A stretch of 26,559 bases of DNA. Origin: a virus (lineage: Duplodnaviria > Caudoviricetes). Both the position numbers and the translations under genes were made by a program. Numbering within the stretch: the first letter of the stretch is position 1; each line of letters begins with the position of its first letter. Below, one piece after another: positions 7,869-15,260 of the stretch. Below the pieces are notes generated by a model that ran no database searches, had not been told where the DNA came from, and was given only the letters and a program-made list of their open reading frames with translations. The stretch spans positions 1 to 26,559 of the IMG/VR virus record IMGVR_UViG_3300017912_001811; one strand, written 5' to 3'.

Positions 7869-7892
7869 TGCCGTGTGTGTGATGGCCCTGAA

Positions 7893-7921
7893 ATGCTGGC
7901 ATGCCAAGATCAGGCTGGCAA
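7893..7921 (-). promoter_or_regulatory. sigma70-type promoter, family copy 3
   Basis: Minus strand TTGCCA-GCCTGATCTTGGCATGC(17)-CAGCAT; palindrome at 7897-7906. Confidence 0.6.
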
Positions 7922-7930
7922 CCCTTTGAA

Positions 7931-8581
7931 TCACCAGTCATCAAGGTCAAATTTATAGCGGTCCCAGCTATCCAGCCAAGGCTCGATGCAGTCTTCAGGG
8001 TTTTGTCTTATGACATTGCATATGCCTGGGCCAGAAACTACCGTCACGCATTTGTTGACGTGAATCGAAGGATGGTGGTCAATCAACATTGCTAAATATG
8101 CGCCGAGCTGTTCTGTTGCTGGTGGCCGGTTGCGCGCACGACTTTTGCTACCAACTGTTTTCAAATCACCTAACACTATTTCCCCAGTCGATGTTTTCAG
8201 TAAAAAGTCAAATGACCCGCCTAACGATTTTTTTTCGTCACAAAGTCTGTATTCTGAGGCAAAAACTTTTGCATCACGAAACAACTCGCAATCTAACATC
8301 GGGTCAACCCAATCTGTCCAACGTTCAGAAAACTCTATTGGCTGACCTTTGAGGTGACAATCCAAAGCGTTATGAATGTCTTCACCTCTAGCAGCCCAGC
8401 CATTAGGTCCGTCTTTGTATCGCATGATATTGGTCTTTGCTTCAGCTGAAAGTTGAGCGCCGATTACCTCTGTAACAGAGCGTGCCAGCCATTCAGCCCT
8501 GTACTTGTAGCGGTGCCATTTTGGAAAGAATGACAAGTCTTTGATCTGATCGATGATGTCGGGGTTGCCATGCCGAGTCAT
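7931..8581 (-). CDS. PD-(D/E)XK (Cas4/RecB-like) exonuclease
   Basis: SVTEVI, RGEDIHNAL, ASEY, GGSFDFLL, GDLKT and QLGAY motifs. Start codon uncertain. Confidence 0.85.
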   Translation of the reverse strand: MTRHGNPDIIDQIKDLSFFPKWHRYKYRAEWLARSVTEVIGAQLSAEAKTNIMRYKDGPNGWAARGEDIHNALDCHLKGQPIEFSERWTDWVDPMLDCELFRDAKVFASEYRLCDEKKSLGGSFDFLLKTSTGEIVLGDLKTVGSKSRARNRPPATEQLGAYLAMLIDHHPSIHVNKCVTVVSGPGICNVIRQNPEDCIEPWLDSWDRYKFDLDDW

Positions 8582-8593
8582 TGTGGGCACACT
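8565..8593 (+). promoter_or_regulatory. possible rightward promoter for the RHH-helicase operon
   Basis: TTGCCA-N17-CACACT, 24 nt upstream of GTG 8618, at the strand-switch point. Lacks the full palindrome. Confidence 0.4.
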
Positions 8594-8617
8594 TCGCCAG
8601 CAAAGCAAGCCCAAAAC

Positions 8618-8782
8618 GTGCCTGAATTGGACTCATTCATCAATACACGTGTCTTGATTGACCCAAGGGTCATAGCCGAAGTTGACCGAAAAAAGCCAAT
8701 CGGCGTCAGCCGTACTGGGTGGGTCAACCTGCTTCTGCAAAAAGCCATTGCATCTGAGCCTGAGCCGTTGTGTCGTGATTGA
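8618..8782 (+). CDS. ribbon-helix-helix-like regulator
   Basis: TRVLIDPRVIAEVDRKKPIGVSRTGWVNLLLQKAI gives strand-helix-GVSR turn-helix; likely GTG start at 8618. Confidence 0.65.
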   Translation: MPELDSFINTRVLIDPRVIAEVDRKKPIGVSRTGWVNLLLQKAIASEPEPLCRD

Positions 8783-9155
8783 CTACGACAAGGAGCATCG
8801 AGCATGGATGCTCTTGCAGTGGCAGATCTGGTCATTGCCTTGTGCGTTTGATGAAGACCTAGCTGCTAAGGGCTACTACACAGACCTACAGCGCAAGCGG
8901 TCTGACCAAGCCTGTGATGCTTGGGATGCTGAACATCCCCATCAAACCAGCCTTGAACTCAAAGCCTTTTTGGAGCTTGAGCGACTAGGCGTTTACGGAC
9001 AACTAAATCTCTTCTCGCCTGCCAAGGCCAAAGATGGGTTCTACACACGACGTCTCAACCAGCGAATACAACGCAGATCCAAGTCTTCAGGATTGCTTGG
9101 ACCAAGTCACTCAGTTAAAAAGCGCCGCCGTAAAAGTCGTTGGCGCAACGAATGA
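8775..9155 (+). CDS. hypothetical protein
   Basis: Likely GTG start at 8775 overlapping the RHH stop; basic C-terminus overlaps the helicase start. Confidence 0.6.
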   Translation: MIDYDKEHRAWMLLQWQIWSLPCAFDEDLAAKGYYTDLQRKRSDQACDAWDAEHPHQTSLELKAFLELERLGVYGQLNLFSPAKAKDGFYTRRLNQRIQRRSKSSGLLGPSHSVKKRRRKSRWRNE

Positions 9156-10749
9156 CTCTGTTGATCGCCTCTTGATGCTTCGCAACCAAGCCGAGGAACT
9201 TGGGTGCTCACTAAGCAAGTCAGAAGCAGCTCATTACTTAGCGCAAGCTTCTGGCCGGAATGTTGGCATCCCTGAGCCAAAGCAAGGTGGGCAGAAGCTT
9301 GATGTTTCTCCTGTCCCTTGGCTTTGGGAAGGTGTAATCATGCGTGGCCGTCAAAATTTGGTGGTGGCACCGCCAAAAGTCGGCAAGTCAGCTCTTATGA
9401 CGGCTATGGCTGCTGCTGCATTACGTGGCGATGCTGCGTTTCTTGGCATTCCTGTTCATGGGCAGATAAACAAGTTGATCATTGTTGGCACTGACCAAAA
9501 CGTTTCTGATTGGTGGGTGCTATTTGAACGTGAAGGCTTGGGTACTCAAGGTGTTGATAAGAACGGCGAGTGTTTTTATCAACTTGCGGAAGGTGTCATT
9601 TTTTGGAGCCTTGAGGATGCTGTGCAACTTGACGACAATGGTCTTGAGGCAATCGGTGCTATGGCATCTAAATACCGAGGTTCATTGGTCTTGGTAGATA
9701 CGTATCACGCCTGTGTTGGCCAGCTCGGCATTGAGGAGGCCAGCAGTGACTTTGATATTCCTGCCCGCAAGCTTGAGGTCATGCTGTCTGGTACTGACAG
9801 CACCACGATTCTGGTTCACCACACCAATAAGTCAGTGTCTGGTGGCAACGCCATCACAGCCAGCAGGGGCAGCAACAGCCTTGCAGGTGCTGTCAGCTGG
9901 TCTGTGCTGCTGAACTGGTTGAAAGTGCCTGCTGAAGGCCAGATGCAGACCGATCACCGGATTGCAGTCAAACCTATGGGCAGGAGCAAGGCCACCAACT
10001 TGGTAGTTGAGTTGACTGACGATGGCTGGGTCAGCCATGGCGATGGTGACGATGCCATTGCAGCTGAAGCACGCGCCCAGGTTGAAGAGACCTTGCAGGG
10101 TCGTCAAGAAACGGCATATGACCACTGCACTCAGTTATGGGAGAACAAGGTTCATACAACTGCTGCTGAGATTGCCAGCCATTGCAACATCAGCAGGCAA
10201 AAAGCACTGCGCACCTTAAAGGCATTGGCGACCAAGGGTCTAATCGTTCAGGATGGTGAGTTGCCGCCTGACAACGCTGGTCGGCCTGCTGCTTTGTATC
10301 GCCCTGTATTTGACACCCCAAGAGACCCATCCAAAAAAACAGGGGGTAAAAAGGGTCAAACGTGTCAAAAGCAAGAAACAGCAACTGATGATCAAGGTCT
10401 AAGTGGTCAAAGGGGTCAAATACTTCCTGAACTGGCATCTGATGCCTCGCGCGCACACATAAAAATAGATTTGACACATAAAACACACTTGACCCCCGCT
10501 GACGGTGAAGGGGTGCTTGAAGGTGTCTTATTGCCAGTGCCTGCCGGCACGCATGTCGAGCGTTTGGTTGGTGGCTTTTGGAAAAACGGTTGGCTAGTCC
10601 GTGACGGGTCCAACCCCAACCGCATGGTGATAGCCAAGCTGGGTAATGAGATGGTGACCATGAGCAATCAGCGTTGGGGTGTGGACATCCGTGAAAACAA
10701 GGGCAGCATCTTTGCTACCCCACCAACAGCAGATGAGGATGAATGGTGA
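9034..10749 (+). CDS. RepA/AAA_25-like RecA-fold replicative helicase with C-terminal winged-helix
   Basis: PWLWEG, Walker A APPKVGKS, Walker B LVLVDT, ILVHHTNKS and RGSNSL motifs; HTH TAAEIASHCNISRQKALRTLKALATKGLI. Confidence 0.85.
   Translation: MGSTHDVSTSEYNADPSLQDCLDQVTQLKSAAVKVVGATNDSVDRLLMLRNQAEELGCSLSKSEAAHYLAQASGRNVGIPEPKQGGQKLDVSPVPWLWEGVIMRGRQNLVVAPPKVGKSALMTAMAAAALRGDAAFLGIPVHGQINKLIIVGTDQNVSDWWVLFEREGLGTQGVDKNGECFYQLAEGVIFWSLEDAVQLDDNGLEAIGAMASKYRGSLVLVDTYHACVGQLGIEEASSDFDIPARKLEVMLSGTDSTTILVHHTNKSVSGGNAITASRGSNSLAGAVSWSVLLNWLKVPAEGQMQTDHRIAVKPMGRSKATNLVVELTDDGWVSHGDGDDAIAAEARAQVEETLQGRQETAYDHCTQLWENKVHTTAAEIASHCNISRQKALRTLKALATKGLIVQDGELPPDNAGRPAALYRPVFDTPRDPSKKTGGKKGQTCQKQETATDDQGLSGQRGQILPELASDASRAHIKIDLTHKTHLTPADGEGVLEGVLLPVPAGTHVERLVGGFWKNGWLVRDGSNPNRMVIAKLGNEMVTMSNQRWGVDIRENKGSIFATPPTADEDEW
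10309..10496. repeat. iteron-like GTCAAA/TTTGAC repeat cluster, candidate replication origin
   Basis: GTCAAA at 10355, 10364, 10406 and 10415; inverted TTTGAC at 10309 and 10470, and CTTGAC at 10488. Confidence 0.55.
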
Positions 10750-10782
10750 TGGCTTGCCATTTGTTTGATGGCATGCCATAAT
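10749..10782 (+). promoter_or_regulatory. sigma70-type promoter with double operator-like palindrome, family copy 4
   Basis: TTGCCA(10754)-N17-CATAAT(10777); ATGGCTTGCCAT at 10749-10760 and ATGGCATGCCAT at 10768-10779. Confidence 0.78.
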
Positions 10783-10821
10783 CAATTCAAGGGCGGGAGC
10801 TCACCACACACCTGAACACCA

Positions 10822-11061
10822 ATGGACTATCACCACTACAGTCTCAAACTTTTTGAGCAATTTGAAGCAGCTCAGGCCAAGCTTCACAAAGACAGCCTCC
10901 TTAAGCTCTCAATGCCTGACTCAACCACTTACGTTTTCACCGCCTACAAAGACAACGTTGAGCAGTGGTACGACTACGCCTACACAGAACAAGAACTAGA
11001 CGACCTCAAGCACAATGCTGAGAACTGCGGCTTTGCTTACACTATCGAAGAGCAAAGCTAA
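10822..11061 (+). CDS. hypothetical protein
   Basis: 79 aa acidic ORF directly downstream of the promoter. Confidence 0.7.
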   Translation: MDYHHYSLKLFEQFEAAQAKLHKDSLLKLSMPDSTTYVFTAYKDNVEQWYDYAYTEQELDDLKHNAENCGFAYTIEEQS

Positions 11062-11066
11062 GCATC

Positions 11067-11172
11067 GTCGGGGAGCCTGATGCTTGTATTCCAACAAGCT
11101 GAAAGCTATACAACACCCTGAGAGCGAGCAGGGAAAGGCAGGGCGCCTGTGTGTGGCGATCTATCCCCCGAC
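11067..11172 (+). ncRNA. candidate multi-stem structured RNA
   Basis: Closing stem GUCGGGG/CCCCGAC with internal hairpins GCUUGU/ACAAGC, CCCUG/CAGGG and CGCC/GGCG; fills the intergenic gap almost exactly. Confidence 0.55.
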
Positions 11173-11179
11173 ACCAAAA

Positions 11180-11326
11180 ATGGACAACCATCTTCGGACA
11201 CAGCAACACCTAAACGATCTTAAGGTTTTCTTGGATTATGAGCAGCGACTTAGAGATGCATATGCCAAATCCAAAGATTCGCAACCTCAAGAACGGCTGC
11301 GTCCAGATAACAATCGGCAACATTAG
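11180..11326 (+). CDS. small hypothetical protein
   Basis: MDNHLRTQQHLNDLKVFLDYEQRLRDAYAKS... (48 aa); ATG just after the structured element. Confidence 0.5.
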   Translation: MDNHLRTQQHLNDLKVFLDYEQRLRDAYAKSKDSQPQERLRPDNNRQH

Positions 11327-11414
11327 CGGCACAGTAACCTCACATCATTTTGTTGAACTCAAGCTTCGACAACTACGGCTACTATGGAAAGCGAATCCAG
11401 ATAACTGGCAGTGA
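11262..11414 (+). CDS. small hypothetical protein
   Basis: Hand translation: MPNPKIRNLKNGCVQITIGNISGTVTSHHFVELKLRQLRLLWKANPDNWQ (50 aa); GTGA coupling to the ParB-like gene. Confidence 0.6.
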   Translation: MPNPKIRNLKNGCVQITIGNISGTVTSHHFVELKLRQLRLLWKANPDNWQ

Positions 11415-12004
11415 CAATCTCACCAGACAAAATCGTTCAGCGTAAAACTGAAGTCCTTAAACCATACGAAAACAATCCACGGCAGCATTCAGAAGCACAG
11501 CTTGATCGTCTTGTCCGTTCAATCAAAGAGTTTGGCTTTACCAACCCAATCCTCATTGATGATGATTGCAATGTGATTGCAGGCCATGGCCGATTGTTGG
11601 CAGCTGAACTAATGGGTCTCGCCACAGTGCCGACCATTACTCTTGGTCATCTCACAGCTGACCAGCGCCGTGCCTACATCATTGCTGACAATCAGTTGGC
11701 ACTCAACAGCACCTGGGACGACGGCGTTCTGCAGGCTGAACTGCAAGCCCTGGGGGAAGCTGGTTTTGACTTGACCTTGCTGGGATGGGGTGATGACCTG
11801 CCCACCTTTGGTGATGATATCGACTTGTCTGCCCTGGACGACATGGACGACGACCCAACACTAGAGCTGGCTGATGGCGTCATGAAGGCTATCCAAATTG
11901 AGTTTCGCCCTGAAGACTATGACGAAGCTAAGGCCCTTGTAGAAGCCGCTCGTAAACGCGGTGACTATGTCGGCATGAAACTCATTGAAGCCTTGGCTGC
12001 CTGA
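11411..12004 (+). CDS. ParB/Srx N-terminal-domain protein
   Basis: LKPYENNPRQH, SIKEFGFTNPILID, IAGHGRLLAA and AYIIADNQLA motifs. Short acidic C-terminus and no methyltransferase domain. Confidence 0.9.
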   Translation: MTISPDKIVQRKTEVLKPYENNPRQHSEAQLDRLVRSIKEFGFTNPILIDDDCNVIAGHGRLLAAELMGLATVPTITLGHLTADQRRAYIIADNQLALNSTWDDGVLQAELQALGEAGFDLTLLGWGDDLPTFGDDIDLSALDDMDDDPTLELADGVMKAIQIEFRPEDYDEAKALVEAARKRGDYVGMKLIEALAA

Positions 12005-12756
12005 TGCACGTTTTTATCCCCAGCAAGGCCAGGGCCAAGACATCTACCTACAAGCTTTTGCAAGCTGCAGGTCATCAGGTCACACATTTTGTTGAGCCGC
12101 AGGACAAAGCTGCTTACCAAGTGGCTGGAGTCCCCGGGCTTGATGTTTTGCCAGCTAACGATCAAGGCATTGCCTTTGTCCGTAACTACATGCTCGACAC
12201 GGCACGCAAGCAAGGCATCAAATGGTTGTGGATGGTTGACGATGACGTAAACGGTTTTGGCACTGCAAAGGCAGGCAAGACCATCAAAGGCACAGCACAA
12301 GTCCTTACTGATTTCCACAGCAAGGTTCAGGATTATAAGTTCCCCATCAACGGAATCAACTACTGCCAATACGCTTGGTCCTACAGCACGTCAAAAAAAC
12401 GTTTCGTTGTCAATCGCAAGACTGCTGAGGTCTGCACATTGCTGTATGTGCCCAAGATCACTTGGCAGTACCGCAAAAGGCTTAACACAAAAGAAGATCG
12501 GGACTTTTGCATGCAGTCCATCCAACACAGCGATGGGATTATGTTTGATACTTGCAGCTGGTTTAACTGCCCAGGTGTCGGCACTAACGCCGGTGGCTTG
12601 CAATCTCTGTATCAAGAGCAACGGGACCATCAAGCAGCTGCTGGACTGGCTGCTGAATGGGCTCCATGGTCAAAGCTGGTCAAAAAAAAGGACCGTGTCG
12701 ACTGCAAGCTCGACGTACCTGGATACGCCAAGTCCCTTAAACGCATAGTCAAATGA
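12004..12756 (+). CDS. GT-A fold glycosyltransferase, TET-associated (TAGT/GREB1-like)
   Basis: VFIPSKAR, FVEPQD, QGIAFVRNYML, WMVDDD (DxD), KEDRDF and NAGG motifs; adjacent to the dioxygenase. Confidence 0.75.
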   Translation: MHVFIPSKARAKTSTYKLLQAAGHQVTHFVEPQDKAAYQVAGVPGLDVLPANDQGIAFVRNYMLDTARKQGIKWLWMVDDDVNGFGTAKAGKTIKGTAQVLTDFHSKVQDYKFPINGINYCQYAWSYSTSKKRFVVNRKTAEVCTLLYVPKITWQYRKRLNTKEDRDFCMQSIQHSDGIMFDTCSWFNCPGVGTNAGGLQSLYQEQRDHQAAAGLAAEWAPWSKLVKKKDRVDCKLDVPGYAKSLKRIVK

Positions 12757-13553
12757 ACCTGCCAGTATTGACGCTTGAACCCAAGGCTCCCAAGCTCAAG
12801 ATCGGGGATACCTGTCCAACACTGCAGCCAAACGTGACAGAGTCATGCATCCTCGCTGACCCTGATGGCAAGCAAGTCGGTTTATTCATCAAGCGTCTGC
12901 CCGATGACCTGCGAAATCTTGTCAACATTGCCGATTATGAGGTCAACTCATCTAGGGTGCCTAAGACGATGATGGACCGTAAGCGCCCTTTGCCGCCAGG
13001 TCCCAACGGCAAAAAGCGTTACCTTGTCATCTCGCAGTACTCAGCCATCCTTGGCAGTGTGCCTCCTAAGCCACACATGAGAAGAGCATATGGCACACGG
13101 TCTTCTGTTCACAGCAGCAAGACTGCTAGCACCTTCGTAAAAGCCATGCACAAAGCAGGCATCAGCGCCTACCAGTTAATCCAAGAACTTGCCCCTGATG
13201 TCACTGTGCTGCACAGCAGCAGGGTTCAAGCCCGTGTCCCTGAAAAATGGCGTTTCGCAAAGCACTTCAGCAGCACGATCAGTAACTGCAATATTGCGGC
13301 TCCAATCCACCAAGACCATGCCAACGTCAAAGGCGCTATCAATATCATCATTACCAAAAGGCGCAATAGCACCGGTGGGAACTTGCACGTACCTGATTAC
13401 GACGCCACGTTTGACCAGACGGATGGCTCAATGCTTGTCTATCCAGCATGGCGGAACTGCCATGGCGTCACGCCAATCGTGCCTACGCATCAAGGTGGCT
13501 ATCGCAACTCACACGTCTGGTATGCCCTGGACGCGTTTGCATCATTAGGCTGA
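12753..13553 (+). CDS. 2OG-Fe(II) dioxygenase, TET/JBP-like
   Basis: HQD (HxD), GGNLHVP, distal His in RNCHGVTPI and the 2OG-binding RNS motif. Confidence 0.8.
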   Translation: MNLPVLTLEPKAPKLKIGDTCPTLQPNVTESCILADPDGKQVGLFIKRLPDDLRNLVNIADYEVNSSRVPKTMMDRKRPLPPGPNGKKRYLVISQYSAILGSVPPKPHMRRAYGTRSSVHSSKTASTFVKAMHKAGISAYQLIQELAPDVTVLHSSRVQARVPEKWRFAKHFSSTISNCNIAAPIHQDHANVKGAINIIITKRRNSTGGNLHVPDYDATFDQTDGSMLVYPAWRNCHGVTPIVPTHQGGYRNSHVWYALDAFASLG

Positions 13554-13557
13554 ACCC

Positions 13558-13884
13558 ATGGACAAAAACCCTCGCTGTACAAAAGCGGAAAAACAGTTTC
13601 GGACAGCAAGGTTTGCCCGGATGATCGCTAATGGCGCAACACGTTCAGATCTTTTGCAATACGCCGCAAGCGAATGGGGGCTCAAGCAAAGGCAAACCGA
13701 TGAGTACATTGCCCTTGCCACAAAGCGCCTTGAGGAAGATTTCAACCTTGATCGCCAAGCTTTTGCCGCAATACTGCTGTCCCAGCTCAATGTGGTCCAG
13801 AAGAAAGGGATGGAACAGTCCAACCTGCAAGCCGTGTTGGGCTGCATCAACACTGCTGCCAAGATCGCCAAGTTGTACGACTGA
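13558..13884 (+). CDS. putative terminase small subunit
   Basis: 108 aa helical/HTH-like protein immediately upstream of and coupled (TGATG) to terL. Confidence 0.65.
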   Translation: MDKNPRCTKAEKQFRTARFARMIANGATRSDLLQYAASEWGLKQRQTDEYIALATKRLEEDFNLDRQAFAAILLSQLNVVQKKGMEQSNLQAVLGCINTAAKIAKLYD

Positions 13885-15233
13885 TGGGTGTTCTGTCTGC
13901 AATTCCGCCAGGTAATGTTCTCCAAAAGCTTGGGGAAAGCAATAATCAAGTTGATGTTCAAAGATTAGAAAAAAAGATCAAGGGTGATTTGCATCCAGGT
14001 CAACTTGCTTTTGTTGAAGATCAAACCACGCAAATCATCGGCTTGTCTGCCGGCTATGGGGCAGGCAAAACCAGGGCATTGGCTGCGAAGAGCGTCATCC
14101 TTGCTTTGGCCAATCAGGGTTTTATTGGCTGTGTCATGGAGCCGACTGGCCCGTTGGTTCGGGATATTTGGCAAAACGACTTTGAAGCTTTTCTGGAGGG
14201 CTACGAGATTCCATATACCTTCAGGGCATCTCCACTGCCTGAATATGTGCTGCACCTGCCCGGTGGTGACACCAAGATTCTTTGCCGCAGTTTTGAAAAC
14301 TGGTCACGGATTATTGGCCTGAACCTCGCTTGGGTGTTGGCTGACGAGATTGATACTGTTACGCCATCAATTGCATCTAGAGCATTTCCAAAAATCCTTG
14401 GTCGCCTCAGGGCTGGTAATGTCCGCCAGTTTGGCGCAGCATCAACGCCAGAAGGTTTTCGTTGGATGTGGTCAACGTTTGGGTCTGAAGAAGCTCAGAG
14501 GCGTAAAGACAGGAAGTTAATTAGGATGCGGTCGGCAGATAATCCACATTTGCCCCAAGACTTTATTGAACGGCTGCAGGCCAACTACGATCCATCACTA
14601 TTACAAGCGTATTTAGAAGGTCAATTCTGCAACCTCACAACTGGCCAGGTTTATGACCGTTTCAGCCGTGCCAAGCATGTAATCAGCGATGTGCCTAACA
14701 CCGATGAGGAGCCTTTACGTATTGGTGTGGACTTCAACGTTGGCCAAATGTCAGCCGTCATTGCCGTACGCTTTGGAAAGCAACTGCTGTTGATTGACGA
14801 GGTCAGCGGTGCCCATGACACTGATGCTTTGGCTCAAGAGATAAGAGCCCGTTACCCCGATCGCAAAATCTATGCCTACCCTGACGCATCAGGCGGTGCG
14901 CGGTCTACAAATGCCAGCAAAACAGACATACAGATTTTGGAGTCTTACGGATTCAGCAACCAATCGCCAAAGTCAAACCCTGCCGTCCGTGATCGAGTGG
15001 CTTCTGTGCAAGCTGTTTTGGAAAACGGAAAAGGCGAAGTCAGGCTTCAAGTGGCAACTCATTGCAAAAGGACCATCGAGTGCCTTGAGCTCCAGTCATA
15101 CACAGAAGGTGGGCAGCCGGACAAAGAGGCAGGGTATGACCACATGAATGACGCTTTGGGCTATTTGGTGTGGCGTGAGTTCAACCCACTTCACAGGAGT
15201 GCTGGACGTGGTACTGGCATCAGGCTTTACTAA
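13884..15233 (+). CDS. terL: terminase large subunit
   Basis: LHPGQ, Walker A AGYGAGKT, GLN, Walker B VLADE, ASTPEG; nuclease motifs IGVDFN and DHMNDALGY. Confidence 0.96.
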   Translation: MGVLSAIPPGNVLQKLGESNNQVDVQRLEKKIKGDLHPGQLAFVEDQTTQIIGLSAGYGAGKTRALAAKSVILALANQGFIGCVMEPTGPLVRDIWQNDFEAFLEGYEIPYTFRASPLPEYVLHLPGGDTKILCRSFENWSRIIGLNLAWVLADEIDTVTPSIASRAFPKILGRLRAGNVRQFGAASTPEGFRWMWSTFGSEEAQRRKDRKLIRMRSADNPHLPQDFIERLQANYDPSLLQAYLEGQFCNLTTGQVYDRFSRAKHVISDVPNTDEEPLRIGVDFNVGQMSAVIAVRFGKQLLLIDEVSGAHDTDALAQEIRARYPDRKIYAYPDASGGARSTNASKTDIQILESYGFSNQSPKSNPAVRDRVASVQAVLENGKGEVRLQVATHCKRTIECLELQSYTEGGQPDKEAGYDHMNDALGYLVWREFNPLHRSAGRGTGIRLY

Positions 15234-15260
15234 ACTGATTGGCATAGGCGGGCTTCAGCT

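Noticed and set aside
6093-7958. Plus-strand ORFs (6093, 6109, 6508, 6990, 7554 etc.)
   Set aside because: They are antisense shadows of a tightly coupled minus-strand operon and carry no recognisable motifs.
7931-8581. Cas4 / CRISPR association
   Set aside because: No repeat-spacer array or other cas genes, and no four-Cys cluster pattern. This is an ordinary phage PD-(D/E)XK exonuclease.
11075-11106. Hammerhead ribozyme call (CUGAU...GAAA)
   Set aside because: The core lacks the unpaired GA of CUGANGA before stem II, has an extra U before GAAA, and I could not build stem III with an NUH site. Kept only as an unassigned RNA.
11084-11179. N-terminal extension of the 11084-11326 ORF
   Set aside because: TTG start inside a strongly structured element; ATG 11180 is more plausible.
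11411-12004. Plasmid-prophage partition system
   Set aside because: No ParA and no HTH/parS-binding region. The sequence fits the ParB-N type associated with DNA-modification and terminase genes.
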